Shown here: one piece after another, positions 15,066 through 31,200 of the stretch | Numbering within the stretch: the stretch's first letter is position 1 | How the letters are laid out: each line of letters opens with the position of its first letter | NCBI RefSeq assembly: GCF_009914755.1 | Contig: NC_060925.1 | DNA length: 64,000 nt | Source of the DNA: the human T2T-CHM13v2.0 reference genome, Homo sapiens | Strand: one strand, 5' to 3' | Made by a program: the position numbers and the translations under genes | The notes under the pieces: model-generated | The model's input: the letters and a program-made list of their open reading frames with translations, nothing else | Told to the model about the DNA's origin: nothing | The model's database searches: none

Positions 15066-17213
15066 GGTTTTGGAGTCAGAAAAGGGACACAGAATTATGA
15101 TTTAGAAAGATAAACTAGATGGGTTTGAGTAGGTCAGATGGATCCAGCCAGGGTCGAGTAAGAGAGAATCATGTGGGACAGAGGCAGGGGAGATTGAGTT
15201 AGGAGCTGTTGCAGTGGTCCAGGCATCTTTAAGGGAAGGAGGGTAATAGAGCAGTGTCTCTCCTGTATCAGATCGAGAGCAATATTCCTGAGGGTGATTC
15301 CCAAGAAAGAGCCTGATCTGGAAGGGGAGTTCTTCCACCAGATGTACCTCTTCTTGGGCTCAAGAGAGAAGCTACCTTGCTTCTATCTCTCAACTTTCCT
15401 TCTTACTCTTACCCCTGGCATAATCCCCTCAGCCTGGAACCATTGCAAATCTCACCATAAGGAATGGTAGAATTAAGGGGTGACATGGGTGGTGTAGCTT
15501 AATATCACCAGCCTCTCCTTCCACACCAAATACAATCTATATAAAAATTGGTATGCTTGGTGTGTAAATACAACTCGACAAGCCACCCCTAAACCCCTCC
15601 TATGGACATTCTGGAACTGCCCGAACATAGGCTTTTATTCTCATCACAACCACACCTGGAAACTGCTGGAAGGTGAAATGTCACTGTGTTGAGTCAGGAC
15701 GTTTCAATACTTTCCCCCACCATGGCCGCTAATGTGCTGTGTGGCCTTGTCGTGTCATCTACGCCAGTGTCTGCCATAGTACCTTTCCATTAATGCTTGT
15801 TATTATTGCTGCTGGATGGAGGCAAGAATGAATGAATGGGCAGGATCATGATAACTCTGGACCTCAGCTTCTTCATGTTTGCAGTGGTACTTGGGAAGAG
15901 CAAATGTGGGAATGGATCAAAAGTACCATGGGATGTAGAAAGCACTCTGTAGCTCAGTAACAATCATCGGTTTTGATTTCACACTATCTGCAGGTTCCTG
16001 TAGTCTAAAAAGCAGCCTACTGACAGCATCCACCCTGGTGGTTACCATTTCCTGGGGAAGGCAGGATATAACCAATATATTAGGGGAGCTACAACAAAAA
16101 TTGTTCGGAGATTGACATATGAGAGCCAAGAGGTAACTGAAGGGAACCAGGTGCTCCTTGGGAGGTGGTTGGTAGTGGAGTGGTTGACGGTTTTCAATGG
16201 GCTATGGAAGGGTGGCAGAGCCAACAGTCCCAGAGAAACTCTCCCCAGGGAATCCAGGTATCTCACGGACATTTTCAACACTAGAAACACATCTTCCACC
16301 ATCAAGTTGTTTCTTCAATCATGTTTATCTTGGGTGAAGCAAAAAGAAATAACAAATGGAAAATGTAAAAAAATCCCTGTTTTTTAAGAGGAACTGACAG
16401 CACCTCAACCTTCTTTTCCAACTTGAGTCATGTTGAAACAGATATAAATTACTGTCATTTTAGCAAAAAAGATTTAGGAGCAGTACTGATACCATCTGTA
16501 AGAGATATGGGAAGGTAAGTTAAGAATGCAACAGAAGTCCCATCTGTCGCCCTTTCATGTAGGTCATTCTGACTGGTTTACTCAGGAATAACTCCAGCAT
16601 TCTTGTCTTAGGCCCAGGAGGTAACCCAGGTACACTGTAACAGAAGTAGGTGTGTCTTGCTTTGAGGAAACCCACTATATGAAAAAGCCAAGCTTGACTG
16701 GAAAGATAAATTGATGAGTCATTTTTCAATAATCTTGATATAAAATTTGCCCTTTTTACTTTAAAAAAGCCTTCTCTTTGGGTAGAATCCCTTTAATTAG
16801 CTAAACCTTTTCTTTTCTCCCGTTGTGGATTGAAAGTATGATTGAATTGGATAAAAATGTGGGTTTTCTCATATTCTTTCAATGCATCCAAATTGTGGCC
16901 CCGATCTGGAAAGGCTCTTTTTAATATGCTGTGTTTTCATGCTGGAGCCTTACAGTGCACACAGACCACACACTTCTAAAACTACAAAGTCCCGAAAACC
17001 ATCTGAAGGAATTTGTTCAACATTGCTGATTCTATTTCAGTAATATGGTGGAGACATCCAAGCTGCAGATTTTTATTAAATAAAATCTTTTCTTGTCCAA
17101 CAGATTATTACTATTATTTTTTTGTCCATCTGCCTGTTGTCTTGGTGTTGTTTCTGAGCGGTGACTCTGGATGTATTGATGTTAAAGAGTGTGTTCTGGA
17201 TTTCTTCTCCTAG

Positions 17214-17483
<270 letters not shown>

Positions 17484-17690
17484 TAGGGAGGTGCTCTTTG
17501 CTTCCTTTCAGTGACAGTGAAATGCTTCTCATTTGACTGTACCTGAATATGAAGAGCCATGCGCAAATCTTCCTTAACATGATATTTTCTTTTAGAAAAA
17601 TCCTGCTACTTTGCTGACTGAATGATGAAATGGTAGATGTGCTAGTGAAGAGGAACTGATGAGCTTTGGATTCTTTGTATTTCCATGTGA

Positions 17691-18011
<321 letters not shown>

Positions 18012-19445
18012 TAATTAACAAGTCTGGAATTAGGTTTGGGAGACCAGAGACCTGGGCTCCCTGGGCCCTGCCAGGGATCAGCTGCATGACATCGAGTAAG
18101 TCATTTCCAGCACTCTAGGCCTCAGTTTTCATGCCTTGACTAGAAGACCTGCAGGATTACATTCATAGTTAACTTTTATTGACCTCTTGCTACATGCCAA
18201 GGTCTTTACACGTGTTAATCCATTTTATTCTCACAGTAGATCTGTCAGGGCAGCACTGTCAGCATTCACTATTATAGATGAGGAAACAAAGGCTGAGAGA
18301 GATTAAGTAACAGGCTCAAGGTCACAGTCAGTGAATGGCAAAACGAAGATTTCAACTCAGGTTTGAATGATTCGCAAGACTACACTTTCCATTTTAGTTT
18401 TCCTCATTCAGTAAAATCAATCAGACTATTTTGGGGGGACCAAATTGCAACTCCCTACATAGGCAGCTGTGGCTAACATTTTGTTGTTGAATTATTGTAA
18501 TAATTGACAGAATAAATATTTATAAAAGTATTCAGATTAATAAAATGAGGATGAGATGATTGGCAATGAACTTGCATTTTGACTTTGCCCTAACATGTTT
18601 TCTTTCTTCTGGATTGCAACTTTATGGAATGCATTTTATTAGTCATTTAGTTCCTGGCTAAAGGATGGATTGCATTTTTTTGTTTGAACCTACTCAGGGA
18701 GAGCTGACAATTGCATCCTAACAAAGATAAAGTGACACTTTGGTCATCTCGAAGACATTCTTGAGGTTCAGAAGATTCCAGTAGGGAGTTTCTTAAATTC
18801 TTCATATTTTGAAAATGTTCAGAACCCCTGAATATCCAGCAGTTTTGAAAATGTTCAGAAGCCTTGAACATCCAACAAGAACAACAATACTAAGTTCTTA
18901 TATTTATATAAGTTTTATTTTTGTTTTATTCCTTAAGCAGTACCTGTGAAAAGTGATTCATTAAAAAATTTCATTTTCCACTTAGTACCATTAAGTCTTG
19001 ATGACAATGGACTTGGAAAAAGAAAAGGAAAGAAAAGTGGGGATTACATTTTCTACTCTCTATAACACCAAAACACACCTCTCAAGATGACGAATGGGGA
19101 AGCACTGTGGTGGCATAGCAGAATTTATACAACCTCTGTTGAAAATCCCCTGTGTGCCTCATCCAAGCTGTGTGGGCAAGTTTCTTAACCCTTCACACGT
19201 CGAGTTTCCTCATCTATCAAATAGGACTAATAACATTTACCTCTCAGGAAAATTGTTAGTATTGGGTAAGGATTGGTAGTATTAGATAGTATCGGATATC
19301 ACTTAACAGCCGTATTATTGGAGCTGTTCAATAATTGTCCTTTTAAAATAGCAATAGCAGGTTTACAGCAATATAGTCACATCAGAATATAATATTTCTA
19401 AATGTGTTTAATCCTTCCATCTTTTGATGTTGCTTGTTCTCACAG

Positions 19446-19571
19446 TGGAAATTGTGGATTCGGTAGAAGCTTATGCTACAATGCTGAGAAGCATCTTTGA
19501 TTTCAGTGCACTGAAAGAACTACTTTCTGGGCCAAACCGACTGAAGATCCGTATTGATGCTATGCATGGAG
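19446..19571 (+). CDS. PGM1: PGM1 exon 4 (126 nt)
   Basis: Acceptor ttctcacag|TG. Translates (V)EIVDSVEAY...IRIDAMHG. Donor GAG|GTATAC. Confidence 0.97.
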
Positions 19572-20519
19572 GTATACAATCATTTCTTTTCAATTCCCAT
19601 CTCTTGAGGATAGGAAGTTGCCCTCTTCTGTGTGTATCATGATGCTTCAACAAGCCTTTTCTCAAGTCTCTCTGATGGTTTTTAAATAGAGTTATTTTGC
19701 AACCAGAGCAATATTCACACAGATAAAAATCTAATTGTATGTAGCAAAAATAGTAGAGACACTCCTCGTGGTAAGCTCGTGTGAAGGTCAGTGTTTCCAC
19801 CTTAAGCATCAGGTTCTGAGTAACATGCAACTGCTGTTGTGGACTCTCCCTCCCCCTCAGAAGATACCTTACATTCTTGCTGCATGCCCCCATGTATTTC
19901 TGAGAGGACGGTCATTTGGGAGATGTGATAAACATACTCCTGAGCCCCACACCCCCACTCACCTGCCCCCAAATGCTCGTTTTCTTAGAAGAGGGCAAGA
20001 GCAAGCTGAGGATTAAATTCAGGAGCAACATGATGTGTACAGCCCTCTCTTCTTCCTCCGTGGGTTGTGTGGTCAGGTCCATAGAGAGGGCAGCTATCAC
20101 TGTGAACCAGAACCACGAGGGTTTTCTCAGACATGTAGGTATATGAGAATCCCTGAAACCTATACACATACATCTGCCTGGTTGGAGAAGCCTTTCTGCC
20201 TGCAACTGAACCCTTTTAGTGATGCAATTCGGGGATTCCTGTGACACTGCAAACCACAGAAAGTCTTCTGCTGGTGAACTAAAACCTTCCATCCTTGAAA
20301 CTTCTCCCCTTGGGTCCTAGCTGGCCTCTGGACTCCCATAGAATGGATCTACTTCCTTACTCAGACAAAAGCGATTCTGTCATTTTAAACCATTCAACAG
20401 ATGTGTATTGCATACCTGCAAAATGCATGCCTGGGGAATAGGCAGGAACTGGGCAGATTACTTTCTTCAAAGAATGTGCAATGTTTGGGGAGACGAAGTG
20501 GGTAAAAAACTAACCCCGG

Positions 20520-20825
20520 GGTCGGGCGCGGTGGCTCACACCTGTAATCCCAACACTTTGAGAGGCCAAGGCAGGTGGATCATGGGGTCAGGAGTTCAAG
20601 ACCAGCCTGACCAACATGGTGAAACCCCATCTCTATAAAAGTCTCTATAAAAATACAAAAAATTAGTCGGGTGTGGTGGCACATGCCTGTAATCGCAGCT
20701 ACTCAGGAGGCTGAGGCAGGAGACTAGCTTGAATCCGGAAGGCGGAAGTTGTAGTGAGCGGAGATCACACCACTGCCCCCCAGCCTGGGCGACAAAGCAA
20801 GACTCCGTCTCAAAAAAACAAAAAA
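20520..20825 (+). mobile_element. Full-length Alu (AluS-like)
   Basis: ggtcgggcgcggtggctcac...ctccgtctcaaaa with TSD taaaaaactaac(c/t)cc. Confidence 0.95.
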
Positions 20826-21418
20826 TCCCTAAAAAACTAACTCCTGCCAGGCCAACAAAATGAGAGTTGGAATTTCAAGTATTCTCTTTGGGGTTGGAAG
20901 AAGGCATAATTTGACTAGGTATAAAGAAAGGTTTCCTGGAAGAAGTGGCATCCAACTCAGTTCTTATGAAAGAAAGATCTAGAGTGATGAAAAATCAAGC
21001 AATGGTCATTCTCATGGAGTCGGTGGCTGTGGCAAAGGCATGAAGGCTTAAAAATGGATGTCACATTAGGGAAACGAGAGGCCTGGGCTGGCTGGATAAT
21101 GGGGCATGTGAGGAGGGCATTGGGTAAGAGGAGCTTCTCCGGAAGAAGACTACTTTTCTCCAGGTCTTTTGGCTGTTCCTCTAATGCTTTCGTTTCTATA
21201 TCCCTCACAGCCCTGGCTGCCTTGACCTCATTCTGTGGTGTGTCAGTAACCTGCTTAATAGGTGATGCCTCATAGGACACATTTATTCTACAGTGTTATG
21301 ACCTCTGGGGCATGTACTGTATTGGGATTAGTACCATCCTTGATGAAAATACTCTCTCAGCATTTCAGAGATGCGTGTTCTTGGTAGTTATATAAAATGT
21401 CACTGTAAACATATGTAA

Positions 21419-21864
<446 letters not shown>

Positions 21865-22562
21865 TGTTTGTGTTTTTTTAATCAGTTTGTCAGCTAGCTT
21901 GTCATAATATAAAGATAACAGCTCTGAATCCCAATTCCCACTTTTCCTAGCCATGTAAGTTTGGGCAAATGTCTTTACCTCAGAACACCAACATTCCAAT
22001 GTATCTGTAAACTGCAGGTGATAATCATAATATAAACATTTATAACATATCTGCCAGGTACTATTCTCAGTACTTCATAGCTATTAACTCATTTAATCCT
22101 TACATCAATCCTGTTAAGTAGTTAGCATTACTACCCTCATTTTGCAGATGGAAGAGACTGAGGCACAGAGAGTTTAAATAACTTTCCCAAAATTATTATA
22201 CAGCCAATGACTGGCAGAGCTGGGATTTGAACCCAGACACTCTGATTCCAGAGTCCAGGCTCTTAAGCTCTAAGCTGTACAACCTTCTGAGCTTTTCTGA
22301 AGGACTGAATGGGAAAGCACAGGTATACCGCAGGGCCTTTATAATGGTTGGTTTCCTTTCCTTTCCCCACTCTGCCCTTCATGAACTGGCCCCACCTTTT
22401 CCAACATAATCTCTCATTGTTCCTTTTTAGAGAACATTCTTCTCCAGTCAGGCGTATCTCTCCACTAGTCCCTGAACACATTTCACACATTCCTGTTGTT
22501 TCTCATGCCATTCTTCTCCCCAGAATGCATCCACCTCACCCCTGAATCCTCACATACTTTAA

Positions 22563-22823
<261 letters not shown>

Positions 22824-23998
22824 TGAACTCTGGTGCAGGCCAGGCCTGATCCTGCAGATGGGGAAAAAAGTGGGCTGCTTCTGCCAGACCCAGGGAATAA
22901 CTGTTAAGGATCCCTCATTCTGACCCGAGGTCAGAACTAAATTATTAGAAGCCCCTCTTGAACAGGAATAGGAGTCATTGAAATGAAACCCACACATTTA
23001 ATTTCAGACATCCATACTTGCTAACAATGGCACGATGATTAGGTTCTGATTATGATAGAATGACTGGTATTTCCTGAGCTGGGTGAGTTCTAGATGCCTG
23101 TCTTAAGGTGGGTTTCTGCTCTCAACCAGCAGCTGGCTACTTATTTAATCTCTGGACAAGATTTTGGTCTTATAATACACCCATTCATTCATTCACATGA
23201 GCTGAATATTGAAGCTGTAATTTCATTGCCTATATGAAGATGATATTGAGAGAATTAACATTTTAATCATTCTCTACCATTAAAATGTTTAGAAATAAGC
23301 TGTTTTATTTACAAGGGTGACTATGTACCAGACAAGGAAGAGATGTGTCTTAGGTTTATATCCCTGGTATCTCACTGATGGTAGGCACTGTATACATTTA
23401 CTTAGTTGAAAATATATTTTTGTTGTTGCTAGTGTTACCATTAGCTAGAATCCACTGTTTCCTGAAAAATGATTTTTCCCTTATCAAAATGTTGGGAAAT
23501 TAAAGGGGTTCCAGCAGACATTATTCTGTAGTACATCTTTGTGATGAGTGCATTCTGGGAGTGTTTTTTGGCCACCCTCCCAGTTACTGTGGTACACAGA
23601 CTGTGGTACACAGTTTACCCAGTAGACCTACCAAACTATGTAAACAGCCAATATTTCTTCTCTCATTGCATTTTCCCCTCCCCTGGGAAAAAGATGATTG
23701 GTTCCAGAGTCTGAAAAAAGTCTAGGAGGTTAAAGTTAGCTGGCCTCTGGAGGGAGAACAGAGGACTCAGCTCAAAAGGAGGTTGTGCTTGGACTTTAAT
23801 TGAAAACAGTTTTAACTTTTTGGCATGGAGGTGCCTTCGGCCCAATGGTACTGTATAAACTCATTGAAAATAAAACCCAGTGTTAAAAATGCAGTATGGA
23901 AAGGAGATCAATTTCAAATTTTATAGTTTTACATTTTATAAAACCCCCATGAAAGATAGTTTGATTTCTTATAGTTTGATTAAAAGGTCTTTCTTTGA

Positions 23999-24172
<174 letters not shown>

Positions 24173-26465
24173 TAGGTGTCTCCATTCCCTTGGCCTTCCT
24201 GTCTTAGGTCGTCCCAGTCTTCACCATACCCTTCACTGTGCCTGGAACACGTGTCCTTCCCTTTCAGCATGGGCATCTGATGCATAGAGTGTGCTGAGCG
24301 ATTCTTGTGTGAGGGGATGGTTGGCTTTTTCTGGATTCAATGCCCCTCTCCGCACTCCCTTGGCACCCTGGGCCTCCTCCTCCTGGCACTTACCACACTG
24401 TGTTCTAGTAGCTGTTTTCTTGATGGGCTGCCCTGCTAGACTGTATACTTCTGCAGAGAAAGGACTGTTTTGTTCACCATCTGGACTCTGCCTGACCATA
24501 GCGTGCCTGGCACATAGTAGGACAAACACACACACACACATACACGTATAATTTTTTAAAGTTAATGAATAGTTGAGTGTTAATGAATAACAATGGAAGT
24601 ACTCAAGACATCATTCTGGAGGATCACTTTTCTTTTGCAGTGTGCACAGAGTGTGGGTGAAAGAGCAGTTTGAAGTAATTTTAGAGTTTCAACGACTGGA
24701 TCGCTCTTGCCCACACAAACACAGTGAATGTTTATATATCACTTCATTGTACAAAGGCTTTGAGGTGGCTTGTTAGATCACACTTAAAAAGTTGAAAAAT
24801 GAAAGTCATAACAGATGAGGACCAGGGAAAACATTAGTTAGAATATGTCAGGTGTGCAGGAAATGTTTGATGAATAAAAGGTAAAGAATGAATGAATGAA
24901 TAAAAGGTCAAGGCCAGGGAGGAAAGTAGGCTGTAATATATCTCTAGGCTCTTATAATAATAGCTGATATTTATTGAACATTACTTTGTTGTAGACACTA
25001 AATATTTTGCATGTTTTAATTCATTTACTTCTCAGATGAACCCCATGAGGTAAATGCTGTATTTAACACCATTTTTCTGGTGGGAAAACCAAAGGACGAA
25101 GAAGTAACTTACCTGAGGTCACCCAGCTGGTAAATGGCTGACTCAGGATTTGAACCCAGAGCCTTTGCTCCCACTCACTGGGCCATGCAGTTGTTTTCTG
25201 TAGAGGGGAGATGGTTATAGAATTGGTGCTGACTTTGCTTCAGCTAACAAGAAAATAGCCACTAATATCCATATAGTGGTTTGTAGTTTGTATAGTGTTT
25301 TTTTACATTCACCATCTCAATTGATCCTCACAGCAGACCTCATTTTAAGGAAGAGGAAATGGAAAGTCAGGGAAGTTAGCAGTCTTGTCCAAGATCTCAC
25401 CACCAAATTAGAGCTAGCATTTGAGCCCAGCACGTCTACCATCAGGTCCTGCATTTGAAATTATGAGCTGGTTTGAGGTCACACTATCATATGTTAGGCC
25501 TGTCAGGTCCTGGAATACCTTCTATGTCATCCAAGAACAGTGTAATTCCAATTTTTGGAAAAATTGATAATCCACATATAGAATCACAATTGAAGTACCT
25601 CATTACCCAGATAAAAGTTTATTGTACTTTCATAGTTTTCAAAATCATAGATTTGATTTTTCCTCAAATATCAGAATGCAAAGCTGACATTGCTTTCCTG
25701 GAAATAAGGCAAACATTCTGGGAAGCAAATCTCGCTCAAACAGTGAATGGAACTTATCAGGTAACTTTTCATGTTCAAAGGGAAAGGAATTTTTTTTTAA
25801 GTCACTCAGAGGTTTTAAATAGTTTAAAGATACCTAGAGAGAAATAAAAGACGTGTTAGAAGGGAAGGGGAACCACTAATCAGTGTGGGTGAAGCCAGTA
25901 CTTAGGGGAGACCCCACTGGGCGTTTCCCCTGGGGAGACTTCTGATGAGACAAAAGCAGCACTGACCAGAGAGCTGAATACTGGGCGGTCGGTCATCCTG
26001 GCTTTGTGACCTTTGTCTGATCACATAACATTCTGGGCCCTGTTTCCTTCTCTGTAAAATGCTAACTGCCCAGACCCAGTATGTCATGATTCTGTGATTA
26101 CAGGTGCATCAAAACATCATTCTTCTCTTCTTTATAGATTGATTATAGATGCAGTCTGTATCCAAAATGTGGATTTAAATAGCTTAAACAGCAGCCCTGA
26201 ACATTTTACTACGGATGCTTCTTCTAAAATATTAAACTCCATGATCTGAATTAATTCTTTCTTCTTCCGCCTTCTCTGAATCCACATATAATAGCCCATT
26301 GTGCACAAGGTTTCTCTTATGATTTTCCACCAATCTTAGAATTATGTATGACTCTGAGCAATGCTAAATGGGACCCTTGATTACAATAACGATTGCCCTT
26401 TTCCGTCCCTCACATGGCCACGCTAACAGTCCTGCTGTGATGTAACTTTGATTTCATGCCTTTGA

Positions 26466-26651
<186 letters not shown>

Positions 26652-28074
26652 TAAGGTAGCACTGAAATACCAACGGTAGCCGATGTGTCCTAAATCAAGG
26701 CACAAATTATTTATAACAACCCTGATGAAATGTGCACATTTGAAAAGGGGTGAGCACATTCAGCCAGAAAGGCTAATTTTACTTTCAGAGGATCATATCG
26801 ACTCAGACAGGAAGTTGGGGGGCCTCCTCAGCAGCGTGGTCATTGAGTCTGCAGGGATTAAACAGAGCGATAAACAGATTTTTCTTCCTTCGGTGGTCAA
26901 AGAAACCTTTATAAATGTTTTCATTTCTGAGAAGAAATACGGTGGAGCAAGTCGGTTTTTTGTTTTTATTTAAGAAGAGGTTTCAGCACAGCATTAAATC
27001 TTTCTCTTTTATAGGCCCAAGTTTTCTATAGCAGAGTAATCAAGGCTAAATGAAGGAAGACCATGAGGGTGGAACTAAGTTGCTAGGTGATCAAGAAATT
27101 AAAAATACATCGTTGTGCCTGAGGATGTTTGTGTAATTGTATTAATATTAGAGTGAAAGAAGGGTACATAGTATTCTCAGGGGATGACCCCAGACCTATA
27201 GACCTCACTCTCTGCGCTCTCCTTCCTCCTCTCTGCTTGTCCAAATATTGACCCGAACTCCCACCTCCTTCACGACCTTCTCTGCTACCTCATGCTGCCT
27301 GTATCAGTCTCTCTTTCCTAAAAGTCTGTTCAGGTGTGTGGCCCTGTCCCATGTATCAGTCTCCGGCCAGGTTATAAGGTAGTTAAGTGACTGCATCTCT
27401 TCTCCTTTTATTCCCTCTACCCAATATTTTTAAGTAAATGTGCTGATCTTGGTCCTATAGTACTCTACTGTCACCCTTTAGTGAAGAAAAGAAGATCAAA
27501 ATCAAGCATTCTCTCAGCTTTGCAATTGAGTTGCAATTCATGCCAGGTTAAACAGAACAGAATACTGACTTCATTTCCTTTCCTATAAGTCTGGAGGTAG
27601 AGCAGGTAGAATGAGCTGCTAAATTGGAGGCACATATTTACAGAGTTCTAAGCAACTTGATATTTTCGAGAGTGGTAATATTCCTTGGCAATGAACTGCC
27701 TTGATAGAATTGGAAGGTATGAAGAAGGCTGGATGAGTCTTGGGGTTGAACAACTTCCACAACAAAGGCTAGACAGTTTCCCAAAGTTGTGGGTGTTTAA
27801 ATCAGAGATTACAAGGCCACTGCTTAGTCCTTTTCTACTTCATATAATGGGCATGGTGCCATGCTATTCTGAGGGATACTACATGAGTGCCCAATGAGCC
27901 TATGAGGTGGTCTTCTCCCATGAAACTCCCCACAGGGTCATCTAGTTCAGGCCTGGCTTCAGTCATTCTTTATGAATGAAGATGTCTTTGAAGGCAGCAA
28001 CTGTGTCAAAACCTTTGTTTTCCTGTTCTCCTGTACCAGTATCAGTGTTGAGCCTAGTGAAAAGATAAAAGTCT

Positions 28075-28280
28075 AGAGTCAGGTTTCCCAGAGCATGTGA
28101 GTATGTGGAAGAATACTAGTTCCATGAGAGGGTTCTAGGGGTCAAGAAAAATTGGAAAAATTGGACCACACTTCTCTGTTTTGGATATTCACAATGATAT
28201 TAGCATTTGAAGATTCCAGAACATTCTGCCATAAAGAATCCTGTTAGTACAGTTTTGCCTAAATATAGTTTACCACTATA
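28075..28280. mobile_element. hAT-Charlie DNA transposon remnant (MER112-like)
   Basis: caggtttcccagag...atactagttccatgagag...attcacaatgatattagcatttgaagattccagaacattctgccataaagaatcctgtt. Related to the element at 43400-45030. Confidence 0.45.
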
Positions 28281-31200
28281 TATAATAATTATGATGATAT
28301 GATACAATATCATCACCACAATAATGATTATTATTATTATCATTTCGTAGTATGTACAGTAACTTCTTTTTCCACAGACCCATGTGGGAAGCCTTGGTCA
28401 AGAGGGATCAGAGCCCCAGAGCCAAGTAGGAATCCCTGGTGCTGACCCACAGGGAACAGGCCTGAAGACAGGATAGCACAAGCTGCTCCTCTTACACAAC
28501 AGGCCTTCAAATACAAGAAGCAGCTCTCAGGTCCTTCCTTCTTCAGGCCGTCCATCTTTGTTTCCTCCAGTCATTCCTCATTTCACATTGTTTATAGACT
28601 CAGTGCCAGACTCTAGGTGCTTCTGAGTTTGCCAGTGCCACTCTTAGAAGGTGATGCCCAGAACTGAGCCCAAATCTTCCAGGGTTGGCCTGGCAAGTGA
28701 AGAGTGGGGTGGGATGATTATTTCTAGTGATTAGGACACTGTATTTTTCTTGACATAACTTTCCTTTATGTTAGTTTTTAGGAAGTTGCATAATACTGTT
28801 TAGCCCACATAAGGTTGTGGGTAATTAAACCCTTAAAGTTTTTACCTAGAACTATTTGCCAAGGGAAGTCTCTCATGTTATGTTTGTGGAATTGATTTCT
28901 TTGAACCAAAGTATTAGACTTTAGACTATTGTTAAAGTTTGTTCTCATTTATTAACACATTCAACAAATACCTAGTACCAATCATGGTTTTAGCTTCTCC
29001 TTGGTATATTTCATGTCCAAAGAGAGAATGCTCTTCATTATCATGAGGATAATCACAAGCTCTTTCTCTCTCTCTCTCTTCAAAAAAAGAAAATTTTTGT
29101 GTAATATTTCTGAGATAAACATTTAAACAGCCAGGCTGCATAGCCATAGATCGCTGTTGTGAACGAGTGCAGCTGGGCTTATTTAACTGAACTCCTGATC
29201 TTCTTATTTATAGAGGAGTTAATTTTTAGCAACCACGCCCCTTGCTAGTGAATGTTTCCAACAGTTCTTTCATAGAGTTTCTCAGGGTAGACATTAGTGA
29301 CTCTATGAACTTTGAAACATTTGAATTCTATAGCTTAATTGAGCACAGAGTGCTTTATTTCTGTATTTTTCCAGGCGATAGGAGAGACAATTTCTCAAAA
29401 ACGTTTCCTTGACCTTTCAGAGTGGGCCAAATCCCCTGATTATTGGCTCTTGTGGCACCATGTACCTCTTCTTTGTTGTACTTGTTGCAGCTGTGATTTT
29501 ACAATTACTTATGGTTATTTGATTAATGTCTGTTGGCTGTATATGCCATGAGGACAGAGATCTTATGTGTCTTATCCTGCATTGTGTCCCTCGAGCCTCC
29601 CGTAGAGCCCAGCATAGAACAGGTGCTCAGTAAACGCTTGTTGAATGAGTTCATGAACACTATTCACTTGGCACCTTCCATTTAGACAGATTCCTGCTAT
29701 TGGAAAAGAAAGAACTTTAAAAGGTATCTGATGTAAATTCCTGTATGATGCTGGAACCATAGTGACTGGTCACTGCTTTCTGGCTGAACCACCCACCTCA
29801 ATGGAGAATCCACACCTCACCTCTTGCCGTAGTCTGGGACCCTTGTAATGACTCAACACCACTTCCACTCCACAGTCCAGGGTTGGGAACCCCAGGGTCT
29901 TTGCGGGAAGAAATGCACTTTTACAAAAGAAAAGAAGTTTGCTTGCAAAGAGGTGCAAAGGAGTCTAACTTCAGGACTGGTCCACCGAGTAAAACAAACC
30001 ACTAGCATCTGCAGAACAATCTTGGAATATTACTAACATTATACATTAGTCTGTTTGTATACATTATACATTAGTCTGTTTGTGCTGGAGGAGCAGCAGC
30101 TTTCTCACCTGGATATGGTAACCACAGAAGCTAGGTCACTTACTTCTTCAGAGGTCAGCATTACAAACACCAGGGATAAATGGGGACCAGAACTGGACAG
30201 GATAAGCCTGTTGTTGTTTGTTGATCTCATGGTACAAAGCTGTTTTTTCTTCCTAACCGTGGATGATTATGTACATGTTTATACACAATGGTAGAGGGCA
30301 GACTGTCAGTTCCATCCCACCTTAGAATTGTTGGGACTTTGAAAGTGAAGTCACTGAATAGTATACAATACCATGCATTTGAACCCTTCCTCAGGAAAAT
30401 AGGGGGCTTGGGAAAGAGCGATGGGAAACCAGGTTGATGATGAACTTGGTATCACTTAGAGATATGTAAGTTATGATCTGGTCAGGTCTAGAGGCTAGCA
30501 ATATTTTTTCCCTGTCCTGTCTTTAAAGGTTCTAGTGCTAATGTATCATACAGGAGTGATAACTTAAAGAAATACAGCATTAACACTTTGCAAATTTCTT
30601 TTAATTTTTAGTTTCATATGAAAAGTCCTTCATGTTTGCACATTTTGCATTGATTCATTCCTCAAATATTTATTGAACTTTGATTTTATCCTGGATACTG
30701 AGTTAGACTCTGGGACACATGGTGAACAAGGCCTTCTCATAGAGGGCTCCATGAATTACAGGTGTGCAAAGCAATAGAAGGTGAAGTACAGGGGTACTTC
30801 GGGAGCTTTATTCTCAGGGTGCCTAACTTGGTTCTGTGGTGTAGGAGATCAGATTTTCTTTCTGGCTTTCTGCCCATTCTAATTTGCATAGCTACTGAGT
30901 ACATTTCCCTGTAGGCAAAGCCCACAGGGGAAGATTGTAGCACCCCATGTCTGGGGATAGCCTAGACAGAATACGCCAGTAGAACTAGGCTTATACCCTA
31001 ATTATAACTCACTCATTTAAAGTGTTACCTGCCTGTCTGTCTCCCTCACCTGTATGTCTGTGCTCATCTGTGAGGGCAGGGGATACGCCTTGTGCATCTT
31101 GGTATCTTCTTATGTGCTTGGTACATGCTGGCACTGATTCACATTTGTTGAGTGTAAAGTGAAGTTTGTGTTAGGACAGAGTTCCTGCTTATCAGGCACT